Origin: Octopus sinensis
Taxonomy: Eukaryota
Reading direction: 5' to 3'
Length of the DNA stretch: 64,000 bases
Assembly: GCF_006345805.1 (NCBI RefSeq)
Contig: NC_043022.1
Coordinates: 8,556,001 to 8,620,000 of the forward strand
Made by a program: the position numbers and the translations under genes. Numbering within the stretch: the stretch's first letter is position 1; each line of letters opens with the position of its first letter. Positions 1 through 12,960 of this stretch are shown one piece after another. The notes beneath the pieces were generated by a model. That model was not told the DNA's origin. It was given only the letters and a program-made list of their open reading frames with translations, and ran no database searches.

Positions 1-905
1 ATTTGTGAAGTGTTGTATTACTCTTGAATACTGTCCTGATGTCATATGGGCCACATATCTTTTGTATCTTTTCAGAGAGCCCTTTCACATAGGGTAGACA
101 GACTATAGACACTTTATTGGTTTCATCCTCTCTTTTATTCATAATTGGAGTAGACAATATGTTTTGGGGTAGTTGTTGCTTAATAGATTGTTACTTGAAC
201 TTGATCATTTCTTTGTGGTGGGTATCACAATCACTACTTATATTCTTTGCTCGATGTTTTAGGCACTGAGCAATTCCTCTCTTTACACTGTATGGATGGT
301 GGGAATTGAAGTTTAAGTATCATCCAGTGAAGGTCGGCTTGCAGTATATGGATGTCCTGAATCCATACTTGGTGTGTGTTATTAATACGTCCAGGAATGC
401 TAGCTGATTGTCTTTTTCCTTCTCCATTGTCAACTGTGTGGATGGCTTTACTGAGTTCACATGATCTAACAGCACTTGGACATCTTCCTGGTGGGACCAG
501 AGAATAAAGGTGTCACCAATATATCGCAGCCTTAGGGCTGGCTTTAGTGGTGTTGATCCTAAACCCAAATTCTCAAAGTATTCCATGTATATATTGGCTA
601 TTATCGGTGATGAGTGCAAACCCATAGCTAAACCCTCTTCTTGCCGATATATATTAGTGTCCATACTGAAATAGGTACTTTCTACACAGAAGGTCCACAG
701 ATCCATCAAGTTTCTTATTGGTATACTCGTGTGTTCTTTTAGATGAGTGTGTGTCACTAGTTTTTCTTGAATCACCAATAGTGCTTCACCAGTTGGGATT
801 TTGGTGAACAGACTTATCACATCTACAACAAACAAGATGAGGACAATTAGTCGTCAAATGTAAATAATGTAAATAATTCGTCATCTCTTAAATATAGACC
901 TGTAT
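1..905 (-). mobile_element. Penelope-like retroelement (PLE) reverse transcriptase remnant, runs off the window start
   Basis: ORF 835-320 has DVISLFTKIP, YRQEEGLAMG..SPIIANIYME, LRYIGDTF (decayed YxDD) and QLTMEKEKDNQLAFLDV. After a stop and a frameshift, my translation gives YLNFNSHHPYSVKRGI...NNYP...LPYVKGLSEKIQKI..YDIRTVFKS, the typical PLE RT thumb and linker. Confidence 0.92.
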
Positions 906-949
906 TATTATTTACATGGTTGTAAAGGTGCATGGCCTAATGGTTAGGA

Positions 950-1090
950 TCTTAAATTCACAATCACAAGATCATAATTTCAATTCCAAACTAGGCAGTG
1001 TGTTGTGTTTTGGAGCAAAGCACTTCATTTCACTTTGCTCCAGTTCATTCACCTATAAATGAGTAACCTCGCATTCAACTGGTATCCAGT
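950..1090 (+). mobile_element. Decayed tRNA-head SINE (gcaaagcacttcatttcac family)
   Basis: Head ggtgcatggcctaatggttagg resembles a Pol III A-box. The body matches the reverse complement of 38330-38500. Confidence 0.55.
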
Positions 1091-2280
1091 TTCAAATAGT
1101 ACTTTTTTTACTATGTTACTATATAATCTTCAGTCATCACCAGATACTTTATTTTTGGATGTATACATACTATTAAATTAAACCCAAACTGGAAAACTTC
1201 ATTTCTAAAATTCCTTGTAAAGTTTATAGTAATATTCTTAAGTTAGAGCTAAAGGTTCTCTAGTTTAAATTCAATAAGAGATTGTAAAAACACCCAGGAA
1301 TAAGACACTTGAGAGCAATGTCAGATCAAAGTGATGGAAACATAGTAGAGATGTAAATATTGAAATATATCTCATCCATTTATGTATTGTGCTTAATGTA
1401 AATACATTGTGACATGTGAAATTTACTGTGGTATTGGATTTCATCTAAGCATTGCTGGCTGTGAGTATATGTTATTGATAACACCCAATGAGGTGGGAAA
1501 ACATCTCAGTTGGGGTGAGTTCCATCATCCTCCACTATGCACATATTGTGTTTCTAAACACAATGCATCTATTGGAGATATTATCTCTGGAGGAAAATTT
1601 TACTTAATGTATGTACATTGAATATGATAAAGAAATGGCTATTTTAATCTTATACTGCTTCTGTTGCACATAACATTTTTCATAATTTCCAAAGACATCA
1701 TTAATAGTTGTAAAAATTTGATTATGAACAATCTCAAATATTAAGATCTGTGGTTCACTCTAGGTCAATCAAAAAAATTTACTAGAATTCTTTGCACTGA
1801 AAGTTTTACAAAATATTTTAAAGTAAAAAATTTAGAAAAAATATATATAGAAAATTATTGGCTGGTTTTATTAATCATACTTAAATGTAAAATAATGAAT
1901 AAATTTTTTTTTCTTTCTCTCAGATATCTAAATATTAATATGGATTTGCTCTTCTAAAGAACTAAATTACATTTTTTTTAAAATTTGTAGCACACCATTT
2001 AAGAAACACTGGATTAGACATTTGATAAAAAAGATTTAATTTGATTAAGAATATACCATGTAATCCAACTTTAATCACGTGGAATATACCATGTAATCCA
2101 ACTTTAATCACATGGAATCCAGTACAACCTGTTGCATGGTCAGGTTATTGGTGACTAAACCAGCACCCCCACCCTGCTATCCTGGCAAAGAAAGTTGCTA
2201 GAAACGCAGCAGGATTAAAAATAAGACCTGTTGAAAGGTTGGACGAACCTAGTGCAGGCTCAACAGCTATCTAGCCAGAA

Positions 2281-3870
2281 TAATGTGTGGTAACTACAGG
2301 GGTATTGCTCTATCAGCTGCTGGCAAGGTTCTAGCAAACATTCTTCTTACCTGCCTGAATGGGTGTCTTGTAAATAATATCCTAGCTGAATCTCAATGTA
2401 GCTTCCATTCTGATAGAGGGACAATGGATATGATATTCACAGCAAGACAGATGCAAGAGAAGTGCTATGTGCAGAATGTGGATCTTGTCCAGGTATTCCT
2501 TGATTTAACCAAGGCCTTTGATACTGTGAATAGGGCCTTGTTATGGAAAATACTTGGCAAACTTGAATGTCTGAATCACTTTGTATCTATAATTAAATCA
2601 TTTCATGATGGGATGGAGGCTTGGATCAATGCTGGTGGTGGCATGGCGGGACTCATTCCTGTAGAGAATGGTGTCAAGCAGAGTGACATCCTTGCCCCAA
2701 CTCTTTTTACTTTGTACTTTGCCGCTTTTACTCATGCTTTTGCTAAGGTTAACTCTTTGGGAATATATGTCAGGTATTGATCTTCTGGCCACCTCTTTAA
2801 TCTGCACTGATTTGCTACCAATTCAAAAGTTTTCAAGTCTCTTACTTGTGACCTCCTTTATGCAGATGACTGATTTTGTCATTCATACAGTGGATGACAT
2901 ACAAATACTTATGAATCGTATTTCTGCTTCCTGCAAGGCATTTGGACTCAGCTTTAGCCTGGACAAGACTGTTGTAATGTTCCAGCCTGCACCAGGAAAT
3001 CCATATGCGAAACCAGCTATCTTGGTTGAAGGAACAATACTGAAAGTGGTAGACAAGTTTGTCTACCTGGGCAGCACACTCAGCTGTTCTGGCTCCCTGG
3101 ACAATGAAATATCTTTCAGGCTGCAGAGAGCAACCGATTCCTTCTGGTCTTTTCAGTCTCATGTCTGGTCCCAGCATGGCATCACATGGCAAACAAAAAT
3201 TGTTGTGTGCTGTGAATGTGTACTGACATCACTCCTTTATTCATGGGAAATATGGACTCTTTACAAACATCATGTAAGGGTGCTTGAGCACTTTCATCAG
3301 AGATGTCTGAAACACATTCTGAATGTTGGCTGGACCTTAAAAACCCCAGACACACAAGTCCTGAAGAAAGCTGATATCTTGAGTATTGAGGCAATAATTC
3401 ACAAGCACCACTTACATTGGAGTGGACACTTTATTAGAATGAAGGATAGCAGGATCCCTAAACAGAAACCAAGGCAGATATAAGGTCTGTGTCGAGTCCT
3501 CATTAAAGGCCTGTGATATGCTCCTGCATATCACACACATGGAGGAAGCAGTTTAAGGAGGGGGTTGACACCTTTGAGAGAGCACGTATTCTGCATGAAG
3601 AATTTAAACATGCTGCTCAAAAGTGCAGTGTGTGTGTGTGTTCTTTTGTGTGTGTTTTTCCTGTTATTCCCTTTGCTCCTTTATTGTCCTCTGTGTAGTG
3701 AATGGGGAAAGCTTGGTTTGCAATGTTTGCACTCATGTATGCTTGTCAAGAGCAGGGCTCATTAGCCACCAACGGAGCCACAAAGGCAAAATATGTTAGT
3801 CCTAAAGTGCACAATATTTATAAAGGTCAGCAATGGTCTTCCTCAGTCATGAGTGGATGGCCATCATGTA
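2281..3870 (+). mobile_element. RTE-clade LINE, 5'-truncated and frameshifted
   Basis: NYRGIAL, ESQCSF..RGTMDMIF..RQMQEK, FLDLTKAFDTVNR, GVKQSDILAPTLF, KFVYLGSTLS and HLHWSGHFIRMKDSRIPKQ. Ends with a C-terminal CxxC..SRAGLISHQRSH-type zinc knuckle near 3730-3785. Confidence 0.93.
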
Positions 3871-4216
3871 TGCATGCATGCATGCGAGTGGACTCTGCCA
3901 AATTCAAAATATTATCAAAATTGTGGTCATATTTGGTCAATAACTAATAAATGTGTGTGTGTGTGTTCTTTTGTGTGTGTTTTTCCTGTTATTCCCTCTG
4001 CTCCTTTATTGTCCTCTGTGCCTGATTTTAATTATTAATGTATAGATAAATAGACATATAGATAAAAGGAAAACCATACATGCATGTAAACATTTGATAT
4101 ATATAAAGTTTTGATTAAAACTGAAGTATTAATATCATATCTATGTATGTATCCTTCTCTCTCTCTCTCTCTCTTCATATATATGTATCTAATTTTCTCG
4201 TTATTTTATTTTTCAG

Positions 4217-4267
4217 GTGAGTAACATTGATATTTTTCCATCTGCCTTCTATGCCTGCTTTTACAAG
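4217..4267 (+). CDS. Candidate 51-nt phase 0-0 exon or recursive-splicing exon (VSNIDIFPSAFYACFYK)
   Basis: Acceptor ttattttatttttcag immediately followed by GTGAGT. Downstream donor AAG|gtttgg. Only one frame is open. Confidence 0.2.
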
Positions 4268-4617
4268 GTTTGGACTTTATTTGTTTTTTTTATATTAAAG
4301 GGTATAAAAACCTGCTTCATTCATAAATCTCTCTCTCCCCCACTACGATAATATTGTGTTATTGTTTGTATGTGTGCATGTGTGTGTGCAAGAATATAGA
4401 AGAACCTTTATGTATATATCATATGCTTTAACATGTTTTAATTTTAATTTTTGTAATGCATATTTGATCTTAGCCATTCAACTAGTATCTTTTCAAATTT
4501 CAGCTCGGTCCATAAGCTAAATTCTCAATCCGTTTAAAGGTTCTGAAAATGTTAAATGAAAATAACAATAATGATATTTATTTATCTCTTTGTGAGTGAA
4601 TGTGTGTGTGTGTGTGT

Positions 4618-4663
<46 letters not shown>

Positions 4664-4856
4664 GTATTTGATTGCATACAAAATGCAAAAGCAGGACATG
4701 CCCTAATTTCAGCAGTGCATATTTAATAAGATTTTTTTTTTGAGCATTAAAGCATGTAATGTAGGCTTAACTTTGCATATAGAACCTGTTTTTTTTTTTA
4801 ACATTTCTGTGGAATAAAAAGTGCATCTTATACATGCTGTATTTGATGGTATGTGC

Positions 4857-4889
<33 letters not shown>

Positions 4890-5163
4890 GAATAAATAAA
4901 TGGAGTTTAACGCAGGTGTAAGTCAAATATTTTTACTTTCGACACATGTTTTTATATATATATATATATATAAACAAAATCAAGCACACATAGGTGCAGG
5001 AGGGGTTTTGTGGTAAGAAGCTTGCTTCTGGGTTCAGTCTCACTGCATGGGACCTTGAGCAAGTGTCTTCTACTATAGTCTCGGGCTGAACAAGGCCTGG
5101 TGAGTGGTTTTGGTAGACAGAAATTGAAAGAAGTCCGTCGTATATATATTATATATATATATG

Positions 5164-5580
5164 TAGGTGCAGGAGTGGCTGTGTGGTAAGTAGCTTGCTA
5201 ACCAACCACATGGTTCAGTCCCACTGCATGGCATCTTATCAAGTGTCTTCTGCTATAGCCCCGAGCCGACCAATGCCTTGTGAGTGGATTTGGTAGATGG
5301 AAACTGAAAGAAGCCTGTCGTATATATATGTATATATATGGATATGTATGTATGTATGTGTATGTGTTTGTGTGTCTGTGTTTGTACCCCTAGCATTGCT
5401 TGACAACCGATGCTGGTGTGTTTACGTCCCCGTCACTTAGCGGTTTGGCAAAAGAGACCGATAGAATAAGTACTGGGCTTACAAAGAATAAGTCCTGGGG
5501 TCGAGTTGCTCGACTAAAGGCGGTGCTCCAGCGTAGCCGCAGTCAAATGACTGAAACATGTAAAAGAGTAAAGAGAGTAT
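5164..5580 (+). mobile_element. Full-length octopus-type SINE family A (tRNA-like head, internal (TA)/(TG) microsatellite, aaagagtaa tail)
   Basis: gcaggagtggctgtgtggtaagtagcttgc...ggttcagtccc...gaaactgaaagaagcc...gcttgacaaccgatgctggtg...gtcaaatgactgaaac. Many partial copies occur across the window, e.g. about 4991, 5600, 6548, 7214, 8230, 12203, 13855, 17262, 18475, 21125, 25095(-), 27175, 45010(-) and 62240. Confidence 0.88.
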
Positions 5581-6769
5581 ATATATATGTTTGTATTTAT
5601 GTATTTGTGTGTCTGTGTTTGTCTCCCCACCATCGCTTGACAACCGATGTTGGTGTGTTTACATCCCCATAACTTAGCAGTTCAGCTAAGTTACAGCTAA
5701 AAGAGACTGATAGAATAAGTACTAGGCTTGCAAAGAATAAGTCCTGCTGTCGATTTGTTTGACTAAAGGTGATGTTCCAGCATGGCCATGCGTGCTTTTA
5801 GTTCGTGGATGGGTTGTGGTTTTTAGGCAGAAGAGAATACATTGTCTTGCACCTAAAATCCACAGTCGACTCATGAACAAACAACACACACACCTTGTGT
5901 ATGTGTGTTTGATTTTGTTTATACACCTCAAGCTGCTTCTAATTCATATTTGAATTTATATATATGTAGCAAGAGAGAGAGAGATGCACTTGTGCATATA
6001 CTTATGTATATATCTATATGTGAGTTTTTCGGTCTATGTGTATGTTTCTGCAATTTAATGCTACCCGCTCACATACTTTGGACATCTCTCTATGTGTTTC
6101 TTTTTGTTTTCATAAGAAATATTCTGAAGGTTGTATTCATACCTTTAAGTATTCATTCTTAGAGCACATTTCTGTATTGAATTCTGAATATAATTATGCC
6201 CGCATTTGGATATCGGCTATCTTCTCTTCTATCTGTATTCTGTGTTCTGTATCAAATGGACAGTATGATCTCCAGGTTCAGGGAATGTCAAAATGTAGGA
6301 ATACACATACACACACACACACAATGCAATTTAAAAATAAAATGGTGGCTAAACATTACAATATTACTAGAAGTTCACAATCTACATGCTAATGACTCCT
6401 ACTATTATACTGACTTGTTCTCATACTGTTGCATTTACTTAGCAGATATTTCTGACTAAGTAAGCCAGGGTCAGTCATCTGTACAGTATATATATATTGT
6501 TCAATATATTGGAGCAGATAGCTGTATTATTAAGAAGTTATAGGTACAGTAATGGTCGTGCGGTTAAGAAGTTTGCTTTTCAACTTCATGGTTTTGAGTT
6601 CAGTCCCACTGCATAGTACCTGTAGGCAAGTGTCTTCTACTATAGCCTCAGGCTGTACAATGCCTTGTCATTGAATTTGGTTGATGGAAACTGCATGGAA
6701 GACTCTCTCTCATCTTTATATACGTGTGGTAAGAAGTTTGCTTCTCCAAACACATGATTCTGAATTCAG

Positions 6770-7135
6770 CCTTGTGATTGGTGATGAAAAATGGACCTTC
6801 TATTGAAATGTTAAACGTCGTAAACAGTGGATTTCCAAGATATAGCCCCCTGATCCTCCATGTTTAACTGTTAGAAGAAGGCAGTCTGAGTCAAATGCTT
6901 CTTTTGGCTGTCTCCAGATATATACTCAGCCAGTGGTCTGAAATAAGGTAAAGGATGACTCGTCTGAGAAAATAATATTCTTCCACTGCTCTAGGGACCA
7001 ATTCTGTAGGTTTTTACTCCACAAAAACGTTTGTTTTTGAAAGTATTGGTTTTCTGATTGCAGCCCTCCCATGAAATCCAGCTTTATGGAGCTCCTGGCA
7101 AACAGTTTTTGTGGAAACTTGGTTCTTGAGGTGGT
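6770..7135 (-). mobile_element. Internal fragment of the Tc1 family seen at 62.9-64 kb
   Basis: Clear nucleotide similarity to 63330-63680 (ctagggaccaattctgtaggtttttactccac; gtggttttctgattgcagc). Confidence 0.85.
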
Positions 7136-9264
7136 TATATATGTGTGTGTGTGTCCTTCATTTACATTTTATAGACAGTAGGTGCAAATATGTCAATAGG
7201 TACAACATTGCAATAGGCACAATCATAGCTGTGTGGTTGAGAAGTTTGCTTCCTAGTCATCTGATCTCTCTGTACAGTACCTTAAGCAAGTGTTTTCTAT
7301 TATAACTCTGGGCTGACCAAAGTTTTTTGAGTGAGTTTTGTAGACAGAAAATGAACAAAGCCTGTTGCATACATGTGTACTTTTATGTGTGTGTGTGTGT
7401 GTGTGTGTGTGCGTGCGTGCATGTGTGTGTGTGTGCGTGTGTGTGTGTGTGTGTGTATGTGTGTACTTTTGTCTTGACATCTGTGATAGCTGTAAATAAG
7501 CATTGTTGTCATACAAGTTAAGTTGTTTGCTTCTAGTATTCAGCGTAAAACATGACTGGGGAAATATTATCAGGTGAGGGTTGGCAGCAGGAATTATATA
7601 TCTGACCGTACAAAATCTGCTTGAAAAAATTCCTTCTGATCTATGCAAACAAAAAAAGGGGACATTAAATATTGATAATGATGATGAATAGGGTGTGATT
7701 TTAGGGAGATTTACCTACAATTTCTAGCGGGTTGTGCTACTACATACATAAGAGGACTTCAACTTTTTAAAAAATTTTACTGCAGATAATTAAAGACATT
7801 ACTATTGACCATAATTTAAATAACTGTGATCATACTTCTCTCAATTTAGTTTTCTAATTATCAAAATTATGGAAATTAGTTTATACGCTTAACATTGCTT
7901 TCTAATTTAATAGATCTGTTGCAATTAGCAACTTTTGCATCTGATGATATTAATTTTGATTCAAACAGTTTTTTTTTGTTTTTTCAACTTTAAGTGTTTG
8001 TTCATTTTAGATTAATTTTTAAGTTGTAGTTTCAAACCACCTGCATCCAAGCCTATATGATTCAACTATCTCATCCCTCCTCTAGTCATATTTATTGCCT
8101 TCCCTCATTTCCCTGGCCCTTATCTCTACACTAACTGCTATTGCCAACTCTTTGGTATTCTATTCCATTTTTGGCGATAATTTTTAGTTCTAGACATCAA
8201 CTCACAGACATTCCAACAGAAGAGATCAGTCATGTGGTTAAGAAGCTTGCTTTGCACTCATATAGTTTAGGGTCCAGCCTCACTGCATGACACTTTGGCC
8301 AAACGTGATCTGCTATAGCCTTCGGTTATCAGTGCTTCGTTAGTGAATTTGTCGACAGAGACCATGTGGAAACCCATCATATATATGTGTGTGTGTGTAT
8401 CTTTGATCCTCTGTGTCCCTTTGTCCACTTGACAATCAATGTTGGTTTGCCTATGTCACCATATTGTAGAGGTTTAGCTAAAGAGACCAATAGAATAACT
8501 ACCAAATATCAAAAACATTAAAAAGTTCTGGGGTCAATCTTTTAGACTAAAACCCTTCAAGGCAGTGCCTCAGCATGGCCACAGTCTAATGATTGAAGCA
8601 GGTAAAAGAAAGAAAAAGCTACCACTTAGTCAGGAAGGTTAGCACCCCTCTCCTACCAATGACTCCTATTCTTTCAGAGCCTGCAAAACTGGTAGAAAAA
8701 CAGGAAGAGGTTATCCTCATGTTGAAGACCTGGTCTGAATACTTGCACAGATTGCAACTAAAGAGCTGAAGGGTCTGGTTAAACTGAACAGTGGATTAAG
8801 TTTACCATCCAAGAACTCAGAAGGCAGAGTTCTGGAACTGGTTCCACAGTGCATCTTGTCCAAAGTTCTGACAACTCCATCCAGCTTCTCTCATAGAATG
8901 ATAGTTTATTTTATTGATAACTCCCTGCCACTTCCTTCCTCCCACACATCACACAAAGAGGAAATAAAGTTGACCTCTGCAGTTTTAGAAGTCAGAGCAT
9001 TCTAATCCCAACATGCTCATTTCTCTTCATCTTATCACCCATATTAGGAAGAAGATAGTCCTTTTCTATCCCATCCACATGTTCCACATTCATCACATTA
9101 ATACCAGATCTTTCCTTCTCAGGATGTCAGTCTTCCTGGAATCAGAGGATTGGATTCTTTTGTTTGGGCACTGGGGATTTGGTATAGTTTGACTGGACAT
9201 GGAGCCTGTTTTGGCAACAGTATGTTTTGGTACTGGAGGCAAATGCATGTGCACACACACAAAC

Positions 9265-9299
<35 letters not shown>

Positions 9300-9829
9300 C
9301 ACCTGTGTGTGAACACAGGCATAAATATACACATACTGTGGTAAGAAACTCTCAAGACAGTTTATTAGCAGAAAGTCTTCCTTCAGAGAAGAAACTCCTG
9401 CCTCAAGCCAATGTTTTGGACCTTAATTTCTTACACTCTAAGGGCCAGACCACATCCAACTCATGACTCCCGGGTGACTTTCGTTCTTTACCATGTTTCA
9501 TTCTTTACCATGTGTCTATAAATATAGAAATATATAGATAAATACACAAAATAATGGGCAAAATGATGATGCAAAAATAAAACAAATATACATAAAGTTA
9601 GATAAGCAAAACATGTGTCACTAAAATGCATTTACATATGAAGCAAAATAAAAGCAATGGTAGAATGTGTACAATGAAAATAAATACTCTAATGGAAGAG
9701 ACAAGCCATAATGATTTAGGTAATAATCTTTATGAAAAAAAAAGGTAAGTAGTGAGAGGAGTAAAAGCAAAAGAAAGAAAAGTAATGGTACAAAATGTAT
9801 GACATTAGTTTACATGGCAGGTTTAGTAC

Positions 9830-10145
9830 CAATACATGATATATATATGTGTGTGTGTGTATACTTGTGTGTGTGTGTGTATATATATATATATGCGTAT
9901 ATACATATATATATATATATATATGTGTATATATATATATATATGTGTATATATATATATATATGTGTATATATATATGTATATATATATATGTGTATAT
10001 ATATGTATATATATATATATATGTATATATATGTATATATAATATATATATATATATGTGTATATATATATTATATATATATATGTATATATATGTATAT
10101 ATATATATGTAGATGTGTATATATATATGTATATATTTATATGTA

Positions 10146-10185
<40 letters not shown>

Positions 10186-10258
10186 TATATGTATATATAT
10201 ACACATATATATATGTATATATACATACATATATATATATATATATATGTATGTATAT

Positions 10259-10307
<49 letters not shown>

Positions 10308-10308
10308 A
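9830..10308. repeat. Compound (TG)n/(TA)n/(TATG)n microsatellite
   Basis: Directly visible. Comparable tracts lie at about 11140-11375, 21890-22305, 22925-23280, 23935-24400, 25270-25557, 28030-28195, 42235-42390, 46740-46970, 53660-54040 and 59900-60050. Confidence 0.97.
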
Positions 10309-11210
10309 TTCCATTCTTAGCGACAAATAAATAGCCCTCAAAGCCAAATCCGTTATGTGCTTGAGTAGAGGCCTATCAACTGAAATAATACAATAGTTTG
10401 TGATTACAAGTATTGTTTCTAAGAAAGAGGCAATGTAATGAAGCTAAGAAAAATATTTTCCACTTTCATTATCATCATGGTTATTACTACTACTATTATT
10501 ATTATTGAAATCTAATTTGATGATTTTCTTATTTCCCTTTTGTTTTGTTTTGTTATTATGATTTTTGTTTTGTGTTTTTTACCAGTTTTTTTCTCTTGTT
10601 TTACATTGTTTTTGAATTGATTTTGTGTCATCTGTCATTGAATCGGATGAATGCGTCTTATTTATTTTTATTAACTTAGCTTAGGTTATTTATTGTATAA
10701 AACATTTTTATTAAGGTGAAACCTTTATTTTATTTCATATATGTTTTTTTTAGTTTATAATTTATTTTTGAAATTTATTATTTTTTAAAAATTTTTCATA
10801 CACTTTTATTTTATGTTATTGTTTTGCTTTTCTTCTTCATAAATTTAGAAAGCACTAAACTTTTGTTCATATGTAATTTATATGGACAGTATAATGCAAT
10901 TTCCTCCGTTAAATGAATTAGTACCATCGAAAAAGTATATAACAACAATAACATACAAAAAAAATGTTTTCAAAAATAATAAATATTCTAAGAATATTAT
11001 TCTCTTGTACTTGATATTCATTCAAACTTAGTATGTTAATAATATAACATTGCAGCTATATAACAGTTCTGAAATGAATGACGAATGTACACAGTTCGTT
11101 TTGGTTGTTGTTGTTTCATATATTAATAAATTGATACAAGATGTATGTATGTGTGTGTGCATATGTATGTGGTTGAGTGTGTGTGTACATATATATGTGT
11201 GTGTGTGTAA

Positions 11211-11242
<32 letters not shown>

Positions 11243-11266
11243 CACACACACATAGATGTATATAGC

Positions 11267-11354
<88 letters not shown>

Positions 11355-11819
11355 ATGTATGTATGTATGTATATATTTTACACACACTCACACTTCAGTA
11401 TTACTTTCCCTTTTTTCTTCCACTTTTTTCATGCCATTATCATTTCAACTCATCACAGATGAACAGTTGAATGATATGATGATAATAATAATAGTAATAA
11501 TTATGGCAATGATAATAATAATAATGCTTTAATAACAGCAATAATAATGAGAATAACTATATAATGTTTCCTATTTCTTCATATCAAACCTGATTTTCAG
11601 TTTATAATAATATTTAAGCTTAAAATCAAATATATATAAATATATATATATATATATATTAATATAGTTTTTAAATGAAAATACTTTTTCTTTTTCAATT
11701 TTACTTTTCAACTTACAGGTATTGACCTCTTTATCTTCCATTGCCTCCAATATATATATAAAATATACATATAATAATACTTGAATAGTTTGAGTTTTCC
11801 AGTCTACTAACTAGATATG

Positions 11820-12105
11820 ACTGTAATCAACTAGTTTGTTTTGCTGCCATGCAGCTCCAGGTTCTATCCCATTGATAGCATCTCTGGCTCCTACAAAAGT
11901 CCACTCAGCTGGCAAAAATGAGTAGTACCTGTATTTCAAAGGGTTAGCCTTGTCACATTTTGTATCACACTGAATCTCCCTGAGAACAGCATGAAAGGTA
12001 TATGTGTCTGTGGAGCACTCAGCCACTTGCATGTTAATTTCAAAAGCAGGTTGTTTCATTGATTGGATCAACTGGAACCTTCATTGTCATAACTGACAGA
12101 ATGCA
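11820..12105 (+). mobile_element. Decayed SINE-like repeat (tgaatctccctgagaac / gatcaactggaacc family)
   Basis: Recognised from memory as a common octopus interspersed repeat. No second copy confirmed in this window. Confidence 0.5.
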
Positions 12106-12353
12106 AGTTTTTACCACATTCTTGTAAGCCAAGATAAGCCAAGAAATGGCTTCTTTATGATATTTCAAGAAGAAAAATGGAATGGCACTTTGTAACACTA
12201 TATTGTATTATAGGACTATAACATGGCTGTATCGTTAAGAAGCTTGCTTTGCAGCCATTTGGTTTGGGGTTCAGTGCCATTGTGTGGCACTTTGGGCAGG
12301 TCTCTTCTGCTCTCACTCTGAGTGCCTTAAGTGTAAATTTGGTAGCAAATACA

Positions 12354-12387
<34 letters not shown>

Positions 12388-12392
12388 AATAA

Positions 12393-12576
12393 ATATAAGA
12401 GGGATGACCACTAAGTAGACATCCATTATGTTAGAAGTAGACCCCCTATGGTCTTACCACTAAGAAAGGATTGTTCTCAAGAAATTTTCTTGAGAACAAT
12501 CCTTTCTTAGTGGTAAGACCATAGGGGTCTACTTCTAGCATAATGGATGTCTACTTAGTGGTCATCCCCCTTATAT
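12393..12576. repeat. Near-perfect palindrome (about 91-bp arms, essentially no spacer), collapsed foldback/MITE
   Basis: atataagagggatgaccactaag...ttctcaagaaa | tttcttgagaa...cttagtggtcatcccccttatat. Three differences between the arms. Same family as 22310-22920. Confidence 0.95.
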
Positions 12577-12929
12577 GTATATAATATCATTTTTCTGAAT
12601 CTTCAGATTTTAATATGCTAGACCACTGGTTTTAAATTGATATTAATAAAATTAATTTTCAATTTTTCACCTTTATTATTTTAAAGAGCTGAAACTAGAT
12701 AAAATTTTAAAAATATATATATATATATATATATGTACATATGTGTCTTTGCCTTTGTGTATGTTACGCCCCACTACTTGGCAACCAATGTTGGTTTGTT
12801 TACGTCCCTGTAACTTAGGAAGAGACCAATAAAATAAAACTAAACTTAAAATACATACTGGTATCAATTCATTTGAGTAAACCATTCAAGGCAGTGCCCA
12901 TGCATGACCACAGTCCAATGATGAAACAA

Positions 12930-12960
<31 letters not shown>

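Noticed and set aside
2050-2118. 33-bp tandem duplication aatataccatgtaatccaactttaatcac(g/a)tgg
   Set aside because: An ordinary slippage duplication with no sign of function.
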